Below are positions 28,467-36,250 of a DNA stretch of 64,000 nucleotides, one piece after another (position 1 is the first letter of the stretch; every line of letters begins with the position of its first letter). The stretch lies in IMG/VR virus record IMGVR_UViG_3300046817_000369; one strand, written 5' to 3'. The notes beneath the pieces are model-generated. The model did no database searches. It was not told the origin of the DNA and saw only the letters and a program-made list of their open reading frames with translations. Origin of the DNA: a virus. A program made the translations under genes and the position numbers.

Positions 28467-29500
28467 GGCTGCGTTTTCTTCTCGCGCTGATCGCGGGGGC
28501 TCTCGCCGCGACACCCGTCTGGGCGCTAACGCCACGCCAAAAGCTATTGCTGTTGTTGCCTCACGCGCCGCCCTCGCTCGACCTGAATTTCATCTCAGGC
28601 GTGCTCGACCCGCGCATCACGTTCACGCGAGCAGCGGGACCGGCGACCTACTTCGACGTGGCGGGGACGCTGCAAACGGCGGGGACCAATGTTCCGCGAT
28701 TTGACTACGACCCGGTGACCCACGCGGCGAAGGGACTGCTGATCGAGGAGTCGCGGATCAACCTGTATCTCAATAGCGCCACGTTGGGGACGCAGGGCGT
28801 TACCACCGCGAATATCCCTTATACAGTTTCATTTTATGGCACCGGGACCATCACTTTCACCGGCACATGTTCTGGCGCCACCAGCCTCGTCGGCGCGGGG
28901 GCCTTCCCCGCGCGAGCCTCCAAGACCTTCACCCCGACCGCCGGAACCTGCACCAGCACGATCTCCGGCAGCGTCCTGGATGCTAATTTTGAGGCGGGAG
29001 CGTTCGCGACCAGTTACATCACAACGACGGGGGCAACTGGCACTCGCGCGGCTGATGTGGCGACGATGCCAATTGGACAGTGGTTCAATCTGGCCTCTGG
29101 CACATACTTCGGGGAATTTGCATTGAACGCCGCAACGGGTCGCGTCGTTCAGTTGGGCGACGGGAACAACGCGGATATTTTGTTTTTACAACCCGCGAAC
29201 GTCGCCAGCGGAAATACGTTCTCCGCGACGGTCAACCAGGGGCGGATCAATACCGGTGCGGCTTTTGTCGCTGGCGTGGTGAACAAGACCGCTTATGCGG
29301 TCAATAATAAAATCCGAGCGTTGATCGCGAATGGAGGGACGATTGTGGCATCCACCACGGCTGCTCGGCCGGTCGGTCCGACGACTTTGTATATCGGTAT
29401 TGATAACTCCAGTACATCACAAGCCAATGGCTACCTGCGCCGCATCCGCTACTGGTCGCGCGTGTTGTCCAACGCCGAACTTCAGCAGGTGACGCGATGA
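28463..29500 (+). CDS. Signal-peptide tail-fibre-like protein with LamG/ConA-like domain
   Basis: MRLRFLLALIAGALAATPVWA|L; ITFTRA...PRFDYDPVTHAAKGLLIEESRIN...FATSYITT is a common phage fibre module. Confidence 0.7.
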   Translation: MRLRFLLALIAGALAATPVWALTPRQKLLLLLPHAPPSLDLNFISGVLDPRITFTRAAGPATYFDVAGTLQTAGTNVPRFDYDPVTHAAKGLLIEESRINLYLNSATLGTQGVTTANIPYTVSFYGTGTITFTGTCSGATSLVGAGAFPARASKTFTPTAGTCTSTISGSVLDANFEAGAFATSYITTTGATGTRAADVATMPIGQWFNLASGTYFGEFALNAATGRVVQLGDGNNADILFLQPANVASGNTFSATVNQGRINTGAAFVAGVVNKTAYAVNNKIRALIANGGTIVASTTAARPVGPTTLYIGIDNSSTSQANGYLRRIRYWSRVLSNAELQQVTR

Positions 29501-30366
29501 GCGTCAAACGTGAGGTTATGATGAAGTGGTTCTTCGCGGCGGTTCTCGCGCGCCTTCTCCTTCTCGCCGCGCTTTCCTTGCCATCGGCCGCGCTCGCGCA
29601 ATCGGCGGTCATGATCACGCCCGCGTCACCGGGCCGGTGGGTCACATCCACGTTCGTCGCCAATAACACCTATACCGCCGAGGCGGACGTTACCCAGGTA
29701 TTGATCACCGCCATCGGCCCCGGCAGCGGCGGTGGCGGCGGTCAGGCCGTCGCGTCAACGGCGGGTGGCGGTGGTTCCGGCAGCGGAGACTGGATCATGA
29801 ATTATCCGGTCGCGGTCACGCCAGGGCAGGTTCTGACGCTCACGGTGCCGGCGGGTGGCCTCTCAGGTCCGGCGGGATCGAATGGAGGCGGCGCCGGTGG
29901 GCCGACGACAATTTCCGGTCTGACGGCACCGTTATCCACGATAAGCCTCGGCGCCGGTCAAGTCGGGAACGTGGGCGTCGGCGGCGTCGGCGGCGCGGGC
30001 GGAAACGGCGGCGGCACGTTTGGAGGGGCGGGTGGCATAGGCGGTGCGGCCGGCACGGCCGGCGCTTGTTTCGCGAATAGCTGCACGGGATCGGGTGGCG
30101 GTGGTGGTGGCGCGACAGCGGGCGCGGCTGGACTTGGTGCCATTCTGCCCTCATTGCCGTTCCTGCGAGGTGGTGGCGGTGGAACGGGCGGCGGCGGCTC
30201 TGGCGGCGTTTCCATTTATGGTCAACCGCAAGCCGGCGGCGCGCAGAACGTGGCTTGTTCCGGCAACGCGGCGCCAGGGGCGGGCGGGTCCGGCGGCGGT
30301 TCCAACGCGGCGGGATGCGCCGGTGGCACGGGGCGGGTGGATATCACGCGCTGGACGCGGTTCTGA
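29497..30366 (+). CDS. Signal-peptide Gly-rich tail-fibre-like protein
   Basis: MKWFFAAVLARLLLLAALSLPSAALA|QSAVMITP; IGPGSGGGGG...AGGSGGGSNAAG...GRVDI glycine-rich domain. Confidence 0.65.
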   Translation: MSVKREVMMKWFFAAVLARLLLLAALSLPSAALAQSAVMITPASPGRWVTSTFVANNTYTAEADVTQVLITAIGPGSGGGGGQAVASTAGGGGSGSGDWIMNYPVAVTPGQVLTLTVPAGGLSGPAGSNGGGAGGPTTISGLTAPLSTISLGAGQVGNVGVGGVGGAGGNGGGTFGGAGGIGGAAGTAGACFANSCTGSGGGGGGATAGAAGLGAILPSLPFLRGGGGGTGGGGSGGVSIYGQPQAGGAQNVACSGNAAPGAGGSGGGSNAAGCAGGTGRVDITRWTRF

Positions 30367-30499
30367 TGCGCGGGTGGGACCATCCGCCGGGGTGACGCCC
30401 GGTTCCAACATACCCATGCTCAAACTCGCCTACGGCGAGATCGTGAAACCATCATTAAATGCGCGATAACGGGGGATTCGCATACGCGGGGGACTGCGT

Positions 30500-31153
30500 A
30501 TGTCTGACGAAGGAGAACGGCCCGGTGTCGGAATGCCGAGGCCGCGCTGGGATCGCGAGCGGAGGGTCAGCCAGCAATCAGCGGACGACGCGGTGATCCG
30601 GTCGTGGGTCACGGTGCTGATGGCCTTCGTGTGCAAGCACTGGCCATGGGTATCGGCGACGTTGACCACCGGGCTTCTGGCGCTGCTTTACAATGTCTAC
30701 GTCCTGGGCGGCATGGCGCAGATGGTCAACAGCAACATCGACCGGCTCGTGGCCATGTCCATCGCCGTCGAGGATATGAAGCTGCACGTGCGCGGCCTGG
30801 AGGTGCATCACGACGACCTCACGGCGCGGGTCGAGACGCTGGAACGGTCAGGCAGCCCGGTGGTGCAGGCCTTGCGAGTGCAGGTGGAATCCCTGGCGAT
30901 CGGGTATCACGAGTTGTATCCGATGGTGAGCAAAGACCTGCACGACCTGATCGCGCGGATCGAGGGGTTGCAGGAACACAGCAAGGGCGACGTTGAGCGG
31001 TTCGATGGGGTCAACCGGCGGATCGGCGGCGTCGAGGACAGAAGCAACGCGGCGGACAATGAGATACGAACCCGTATGAACCTGTTCCAACAGCGCATGG
31101 AACTGCTGTCCGACCGGGTCGGGGGAACGGGAACGCGGCCGGGGGCGCCATGA
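30500..31153 (+). CDS. Single-TM coiled-coil protein
   Basis: Hydrophobic WPWVSATLTTGLLALLYNVYVLGG followed by long heptad repeats. Confidence 0.6.
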   Translation: MSDEGERPGVGMPRPRWDRERRVSQQSADDAVIRSWVTVLMAFVCKHWPWVSATLTTGLLALLYNVYVLGGMAQMVNSNIDRLVAMSIAVEDMKLHVRGLEVHHDDLTARVETLERSGSPVVQALRVQVESLAIGYHELYPMVSKDLHDLIARIEGLQEHSKGDVERFDGVNRRIGGVEDRSNAADNEIRTRMNLFQQRMELLSDRVGGTGTRPGAP

Positions 31154-31174
31154 GAATGTGAAAGGGTAACCGCG

Positions 31175-31417
31175 ATGGGATGCTTTTCGGCGGCGTGGTT
31201 GGTTCAGTTCATCGTCTGGCTGATCGTGGTCTGTGCCATCGTGGCGATCGGGCGCCGCGTGCTTCCCATTGTTCTTGGTTGGTTGGGCGTGGCCGGTGAT
31301 GTCGTCATGCAGGTCATCAACATCATACTTATCGCCATAGTGCTGATCTGGTTGGTTTGGCTGTGTTACGATCTCCTGACCTGTTCCGGCGGCATCGGCC
31401 TGCCGGGCCGGCGATGA
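31175..31417 (+). CDS. Two-TM small membrane protein, holin candidate
   Basis: Two hydrophobic helices, 80 aa. Function inferred only from size and position. Confidence 0.55.
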   Translation: MGCFSAAWLVQFIVWLIVVCAIVAIGRRVLPIVLGWLGVAGDVVMQVINIILIAIVLIWLVWLCYDLLTCSGGIGLPGRR

Positions 31418-31491
31418 ACCACACGTCCTGGCTCCCGATCGCGATCCTCGGACTGGCGCTGATGCTGGTCTGGGTGCTTGTGAGGGTGTGA
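31414..31491 (+). CDS. Single-TM microprotein (25 aa)
   Basis: MNHTSWLPIAILGLALMLVWVLVRV; ATGA overlap with upstream stop. Confidence 0.5.
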   Translation: MNHTSWLPIAILGLALMLVWVLVRV

Positions 31492-31494
31492 GCC

Positions 31495-31581
31495 ATGATC
31501 GATAGCGCCGCATGGCTTATCCTGGCGATCGCCGTTGGCTGGCTCGTGGCGCTGGGCGTCTGGCGCTGGTGGCGGCGGTGA
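31495..31581 (+). CDS. Single-TM microprotein (28 aa)
   Basis: MIDSAAWLILAIAVGWLVALGVWRWWRR; GAGG upstream. Confidence 0.5.
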   Translation: MIDSAAWLILAIAVGWLVALGVWRWWRR

Positions 31582-31685
31582 TGCCGTTGGACCGTGAGAT
31601 CGTCCGCGTGTGGCTCGCGATCATCGCCGCGCTGGCCGTCGTGTGGGGCGGGATCATCGCCGTGGCCTGGTGGCTCGCGGAATGA
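31581..31685 (+). CDS. Single-TM microprotein (34 aa)
   Basis: MPLDREIVRVWLAIIAALAVVWGGIIAVAWWLAE; TGATG overlap. Confidence 0.5.
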   Translation: MPLDREIVRVWLAIIAALAVVWGGIIAVAWWLAE

Positions 31686-31849
31686 GCGAAAGCCATACAC
31701 AACAAGACCTTATTGATCATGAAGATGGTTTTCGGTGTGGATACGACAATGAGGGGATGTGGACGGATAAGAGCGAAGCGTGGTTACTCGGTTTCGCGGA
31801 GGGGACAGAATTGAGATTATGGTTTGAGGCCTTAATGGAAGAATCATGA
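31682..31849 (+). CDS. Small acidic protein (55 aa)
   Basis: MSESHTQQDL...EALMEES; ATGA overlaps at both ends; lower GC. Confidence 0.5.
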   Translation: MSESHTQQDLIDHEDGFRCGYDNEGMWTDKSEAWLLGFAEGTELRLWFEALMEES

Positions 31850-31950
31850 TCATCCAGGCGCTGCTCGTCATAGGCCTGGTCGCCGCGGTGTCAGTGGCGA
31901 CGGCATGGCTCGCGGGGTGGCTCGCGCGGTTGCCAAGGCCGAGGAATTAG
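31846..31950 (+). CDS. Single-TM microprotein (34 aa)
   Basis: MIIQALLVIGLVAAVSVATAWLAGWLARLPRPRN; ATGA overlap. Confidence 0.5.
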   Translation: MIIQALLVIGLVAAVSVATAWLAGWLARLPRPRN

Positions 31951-32075
31951 AGGAAGATGGCGGGTGTCCGGGGCGGCTTCTGACACCGCCACCGGACTGA
32001 CCAGGAACGAGCTGGTCGGGAACCACGGATACGGTCTTACCCGATGTCGGCTTGCTCCGCAATACGGAGTAGACC

Positions 32076-32279
32076 ATGGCCCATTCGCGCGGTGCCAGAA
32101 CTCAAAACATCCAGGCCAAAATCCCAAATCCCATCATGCGGCGGCTGGACGCGGCGGTGGACCGACTTGGCCTTGGCAGCCGCGCCGAGGCGCTGAATCG
32201 GGCGATACCGTTCTGGCTTGATCACGTCGAATCTGGTTATCAGGTCACGGAGCGGGAAACAGGACAGGGAGGCGGCTAA
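32076..32279 (+). CDS. Ribbon-helix-helix (CopG-like) protein
   Basis: TQNIQAKIPNPIMRRLDAAVDRLGLGSRAEALNRAI; GGAG RBS. Confidence 0.7.
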   Translation: MAHSRGARTQNIQAKIPNPIMRRLDAAVDRLGLGSRAEALNRAIPFWLDHVESGYQVTERETGQGGG

Positions 32280-32280
32280 G

Positions 32281-32493
32281 ATGGTGGGACGGTGGAACTG
32301 GGACGAGCCGGTGCTCAGGTTGCCAGCGAAGGACGCCATGGAAATCGCGGTGGTAATGGACCCCGGCGTCCCACCGCCCGCCGCCATCGCCGCGTTCATG
32401 GACGTGGTGCGCCGTCTTAATACAAGCGTGGACTTTGGCGAGGTCGAACCGGCGGCCGGTGTGTGGCGATGGCTTGAGGGGCTGGCGCGGTGA
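32281..32493 (+). CDS. Hypothetical protein
   Basis: GGAGG RBS before ATG 32281. Confidence 0.45.
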   Translation: MVGRWNWDEPVLRLPAKDAMEIAVVMDPGVPPPAAIAAFMDVVRRLNTSVDFGEVEPAAGVWRWLEGLAR

Positions 32494-32687
32494 GCGAAGA
32501 AGACCTGGCCGCGTTGCTGCGCGAGCAGGGATGTCGGATGTTGGACATGCGGGACACACTGGAAGCGGCGGCGCGCCAGTTCGACTCTTATGCGATTTAT
32601 CACGCGAAAAAGGTGCCGCCCGATCTGGACAAGGCGACCGCCAATGCGGAATGGGCTCGGCGTTGCCGCCAATGGTCAGACGCCTGA
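32490..32687 (+). CDS. Hypothetical protein
   Basis: GTG start overlapping upstream stop. Confidence 0.45.
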   Translation: MSEEDLAALLREQGCRMLDMRDTLEAAARQFDSYAIYHAKKVPPDLDKATANAEWARRCRQWSDA

Positions 32688-32736
32688 GTATATCCCGTTC
32701 CTGTTCCCGCCGCGCGCCGTGTGGCATGGTGCGGCA

Positions 32737-33147
32737 ATGAGCCGCCAACCCGATCGCGAGCATGACCGAGACGACCGATTCGTGGCCCGCGTGGTCGCCG
32801 CGATCAAGGCGGAACTCGATCAGGTTCATGCCGAACTGCACGCCGCGCACGCGAAACTTGACTATGATCACACCTTAATCGAGGAGTTGAAAACCATGTC
32901 CGCTACTCTCCAATCCGACCTCGCGGCCCAGAGCGCGGCCGTTCAGGCGCTTGCCACTGAAGTCAGTGATGGTCTCGCGGCCAATGCTGCCGCCATCCAG
33001 GCGTTGAAGGATCAGATCGCGGCCGGTAGCCCGGTTACAGCGGCAGACCTGACAACCCTTGAGGGCAACACCGCTGCCGTTCAGGCTGCCACCACGGCGT
33101 TGCAGGCGGCGCTCAACCCTGCGCCGGTTACTCCACCGACCCCCTGA
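32737..33147 (+). CDS. Ala-rich coiled-coil protein with a second in-frame start at 32896
   Basis: LQSDLAAQSAAVQALATEV...; GAGGAG RBS inside the ORF before ATG 32896. Confidence 0.6.
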   Translation: MSRQPDREHDRDDRFVARVVAAIKAELDQVHAELHAAHAKLDYDHTLIEELKTMSATLQSDLAAQSAAVQALATEVSDGLAANAAAIQALKDQIAAGSPVTAADLTTLEGNTAAVQAATTALQAALNPAPVTPPTP

Positions 33148-33685
33148 TGATTTCACCAGCGGACCAGAACCTTCCGTAGTGGATGCGTGCTGCATCGCAA
33201 TATGCGGCATGTGCCGCTTCGGGAGTATCGAACGTGCCGATTCGAGTTGGCTTGCCTGATATCGTCAGGCGGGCATAATAGTGCCCATTACGTTTATCAT
33301 AGCTAACGCCCTTGAAACCTGATGTATTATTCCTCTGAATTTTTGAGTTCCACTGATTTTCTGATAGTGTGGCCAAGCGAAGATTTGTCCATCGAGTGTT
33401 TGTGACATGCCTATCTTTATGGTCAACAATTCTGGATGGGTTTTCGCCTGTCATTATCTTCCAAATTACATGAGATATCTGATGGTGACACCTTGTTATG
33501 CAGACCGTGCGATATTCTCCTGACCCTGCGATCCTACCAGCAAAATGGCCGTTGAATGTCTGCCACCCTCGCTCGGTCGGAAAATGTTCCCGCGGTCTTT
33601 CACGCCACGTCAGAACGCCAGTCTCCGGGTCATAGGAGAAACAGGCGACAAGATAATCCTGATCTGGTAGTGGTCTTCTACGCAT
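33128..33685 (-). CDS. HNH endonuclease with C-terminal AP2 domain
   Basis: IVDHKDRHVTNTRWTNLRLAT (HNH) and NNTSGFKGVSYDK...IGTFDTPEAAHAAY (AP2). Confidence 0.9.
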   Translation of the reverse strand: MRRRPLPDQDYLVACFSYDPETGVLTWRERPREHFPTERGWQTFNGHFAGRIAGSGEYRTVCITRCHHQISHVIWKIMTGENPSRIVDHKDRHVTNTRWTNLRLATLSENQWNSKIQRNNTSGFKGVSYDKRNGHYYARLTISGKPTRIGTFDTPEAAHAAYCDAARIHYGRFWSAGEIIRGSVE

Positions 33686-33855
33686 CGCTCCGCTTCCTCG
33701 GTTCGGTGTCAGGCCCGATGTCAGCGTTGACGCGCTGCTCGGGCCGATCTCGCATCATAGCAAGACCAGCGAGTTACGCAACGCCTTGACGCGACCGGAC
33801 GGCGGTGGCACCGTCCTGAGACGGATCTCCAACTGGCCCGCACGGGGTACGAACC

Positions 33856-33895
33856 GAGAAGCCCGCTGTCCTATGAAATGGTCAGCGGGCTTTTC
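33856..33895. terminator. Hairpin immediately 3' of tRNA-Cys, possibly a bidirectional terminator
   Basis: AAGCCCGCTG...CAGCGGGCTT inverted repeat with short T runs. Confidence 0.55.
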
Positions 33896-33898
33896 GCA

Positions 33899-33973
33899 TG
33901 GAGACGCGAGCCGGAATCGAACCGGCGTGATCCAGTTTTGCAGACTGGCCCTTAGCCTCTCAGGCACCGCGTC
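33899..33973 (-). tRNA. tRNA-Cys (GCA), CCA encoded
   Basis: Reverse complement GACGCGG..CCAGT CTGCAAA ACTGG..GCCGG TTCGATT CCGGC TCGCGTC T CCA folds into a full cloverleaf with U73 discriminator. Confidence 0.92.
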
Positions 33974-34190
33974 AAATTGATCGTCGCACCATTCCCTCAA
34001 GTCGTTCGACCATGGCCTTCCATTCCGCGTCTCGCTTGTGGCTACGTGACAGAAGCCGTTGCATCGCGAGGACCATGCAGGTCTGAAACAGAAATAATAC
34101 CAGCAAAAACATGGCCATGCCGCACATTACTTCCTTTCCAGTTCGTCCAGTTCCGCGCGGCAGGTTTCCATTTCGTCTGGCGTGAGCCAC
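33972..34190 (-). CDS. Small membrane-anchored protein
   Basis: MAMFLLVLFLFQTCMVLAM hydrophobic stretch; true start uncertain. Confidence 0.4.
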   Translation of the reverse strand: MAHARRNGNLPRGTGRTGKEVMCGMAMFLLVLFLFQTCMVLAMQRLLSRSHKRDAEWKAMVERLEGMVRRSI

Positions 34191-34504
34191 ACGTAGTAAT
34201 CGCCGCCACCGCTTTCGACGCGATCCAGGATCGTCCGCAGCGCCGACTTCGGCGGCTTGTAGGCCAGCAGCGCGGCCTTGATCGTGGGCCAGTGCTTATC
34301 GCACAATTCACTACGCTCCAAACTGGCTACCGGCCAGTTCTCGATATCCGCGACTATCTTCGCGCCGGTTTTCATCGTGCGATACTTTGGAGGATATGCA
34401 TTTCGCGCGGCCTCATAGTTTTGTTCGCTTTGTGCCATTGGATGCTTCTGTCCGACTTTCCACACTGAAGCAGAGTGATCGTGGTCATTGACCACAACAG
34501 TCAT
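34127..34504 (-). CDS. Hypothetical protein
   Basis: GGAGG RBS; start uncertain. Confidence 0.5.
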   Translation of the reverse strand: MTVVVNDHDHSASVWKVGQKHPMAQSEQNYEAARNAYPPKYRTMKTGAKIVADIENWPVASLERSELCDKHWPTIKAALLAYKPPKSALRTILDRVESGGGDYYVWLTPDEMETCRAELDELERK

Positions 34505-34773
34505 CGTCCGCCTCCGCCGCCTTGAATGATCGTGAACGTCACCGTTCCGCCGCACGGCAGATCGTACGAGAACGATTTTGGCATGGCTGCTGGGTAACAT
34601 GGCGGCACGCCGGGGCGCGCGGGTTCGCCGCAGACCGATATCATCGGTTCCATCGTCAATGGACCGGAAGCATCTTTATAGCCTTCCGCCTCGGCAAGCG
34701 CGGCCTCGATGAGCCACACGCCGAATAGCGCGCCGGTCAGGATCATGGCGAGGCTGGCGACGGCGCGGGTCAT
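34501..34773 (-). CDS. Small secreted or membrane protein
   Basis: MTRAVASLAMILTGALFGVWLIEAALA; three Cys in the mature part. Confidence 0.5.
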   Translation of the reverse strand: MTRAVASLAMILTGALFGVWLIEAALAEAEGYKDASGPLTMEPMISVCGEPARPGVPPCYPAAMPKSFSYDLPCGGTVTFTIIQGGGGGR

Positions 34774-35120
34774 CGTTCCGCCTCCTTTTCCTTCCGTGCT
34801 TCCGCTACCAGCGCGAGGCAGCGGTGCGCGAGGGCTTCCCACATTTCCAGGCGTTCCGCCGCGCTGTATCCAAGCTGACGCATGATGACATCCTGCCGGC
34901 CGATCACCTGGTCAACCTGGAAAGCATTGCGTGTCGCTTGTTTGGTGTCGCTCATGGCCATAGCCGCGCGATATTGAACCCGATCGCGAAGCCGCTGATC
35001 CAGATCAGGAGGATCGATCCCCATGGCGCGCGTCGCCACCAGATGGGCTTTGACGGGATCTCGACCCAACCAAACGGGGTGTGCCGGCGGGCGGAGATGC
35101 GGCGGAGGGTCATGTCCCAT
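34770..35120 (-). CDS. Hypothetical protein
   Basis: GAGGGAG RBS; coupled to downstream ORF. Confidence 0.5.
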   Translation of the reverse strand: MGHDPPPHLRPPAHPVWLGRDPVKAHLVATRAMGIDPPDLDQRLRDRVQYRAAMAMSDTKQATRNAFQVDQVIGRQDVIMRQLGYSAAERLEMWEALAHRCLALVAEARKEKEAER

Positions 35121-35376
35121 CTCCCTCAATTTCCGCGAGCAGCGCGCGGGCCTCTATCATGCACGATTCGTTACTAAGCGCGGGTAGCGCCTTCGCCAGC
35201 GCGTCACCAAAGACGTACATTGCTTGCAACACCGCAAGCAACTCCGGCGCCTTCAACAGCAACCGCGCCCGCGCCGGATCGTGCAGGTTCGGCAGGAACG
35301 TGACTGCGGTGCCGCCAGAGTCGAAGATGGTGTGAAGGGTCTCGTCGTATTCCCATGGCGCTTTGAAGTCGCTCAT
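35110..35376 (-). CDS. Hypothetical phage protein
   Basis: PWEY...ARARLLLKAPELLAVL is a common phage motif. Confidence 0.55.
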   Translation of the reverse strand: MSDFKAPWEYDETLHTIFDSGGTAVTFLPNLHDPARARLLLKAPELLAVLQAMYVFGDALAKALPALSNESCMIEARALLAEIEGDGT

Positions 35377-35548
35377 GTTTTCAATCCTTCCATCGCCGCG
35401 TGCGCCTCGCGCCCTTCCTGGTAGCGTCTGTTAAGTTCCGCTTCCATGCGGTCGAACTCATGCGCGAGTTCGCGCAGGCGCGTGGCATGAACAGGCGAAC
35501 GCTGAACATCGAATATCAGTGCCATCGCGCGCAGTTCGGCACCGCCGG

Positions 35549-35866
35549 TCATGAATCACCTATCTTGTTTCCAGGATCGCGCGGATTATCGACGTTAATT
35601 CTCCCGATGATATTGGTCGGGATCGATATAGGTGTGCCGGTTGGCAGTGGTCTGTTTTGTTGCTTTACGTCAGGCGCATCAATCTGGATATCCACGACAA
35701 TCTTCTCCATCAGCAACTCGCGGATGAAGCCTTCGCCACCGACCGCGCGATAGACCGTATCGTAGGGCGCATCCAAATGATTGTGCCGCATGTAGTCGCA
35801 AAGGTCTTTGATCTGATCAAGGCAGCGGAAGATTTGCTTTACGTCATGTTTGTCGAGTGTCGGCAT
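35549..35866 (-). CDS. Hypothetical protein
   Basis: ATG 35866 overlaps upstream TGA. Confidence 0.5.
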   Translation of the reverse strand: MPTLDKHDVKQIFRCLDQIKDLCDYMRHNHLDAPYDTVYRAVGGEGFIRELLMEKIVVDIQIDAPDVKQQNRPLPTGTPISIPTNIIGRINVDNPRDPGNKIGDS

Positions 35867-36147
35867 CACCAGAACCCTCCCGCATCGACCGGCGCCGCGC
35901 ACATGACGAGAACTCGGATAGTGTCGCCGGACGATACGACATACAGCACCGCGCCGCCGCGGATGCCGGATACGTGGATGTGGTCGCCGGGGCGCAGCAT
36001 GTCGCGCGCCTCATTGAAAAAACCGGGCGCGGTGATGGAACTCAGCAAAGTGTCGCCGGCCTTATACGACCATAAAGTAAATCCGTTGGCGAACTGCAAC
36101 ACGCTCAGGTCGCGGACGGCGAAGCGGGGGATGGTTTCGGTGGGCAT
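35866..36147 (-). CDS. Conserved alphaproteobacterial hypothetical protein (LSVLxxANGFTLWxY motif)
   Basis: RDLSVLQFANGFTLWSY...GFFNEARDMLRPGDHI; GGAGAA RBS before ATG 36147. Motif recognised from memory. Confidence 0.65.
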   Translation of the reverse strand: MPTETIPRFAVRDLSVLQFANGFTLWSYKAGDTLLSSITAPGFFNEARDMLRPGDHIHVSGIRGGAVLYVVSSGDTIRVLVMCAAPVDAGGFW

Positions 36148-36250
36148 CTGCGTTCTCCATATCTGTTGCATAAGATGGCACGGACGGAAAAATGACGCAA
36201 GCGTCGATTTTGCATTTGCCGCAATCGACCGTGCGTGGTATGCAACGCCC
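36148..36250. promoter_or_regulatory. Divergent promoter/operator region
   Basis: AT-richer spacer between divergent genes; inverted GTTGCATA (36165-36172) and TATGCAAC (36239-36246). Confidence 0.5.

Noticed and set aside
29720-30340. GGC/GGT repeats as a CRISPR array or tandem repeat element
   Set aside because: They are glycine codons within an ORF; there is no constant repeat-spacer period and no cas genes.
20976-30366. Diversity-generating retroelement acting on fibre genes
   Set aside because: No reverse transcriptase and no adenine-mismatched TR/VR pair were seen.
33834-33858. tRNA-like 3' fragment (GGTTCGTACCCCGTGCGGGCCA on minus strand) as second tRNA or attP
   Set aside because: The T-stem does not pair beyond two bases, there is no D or anticodon arm, and there is no integrase.
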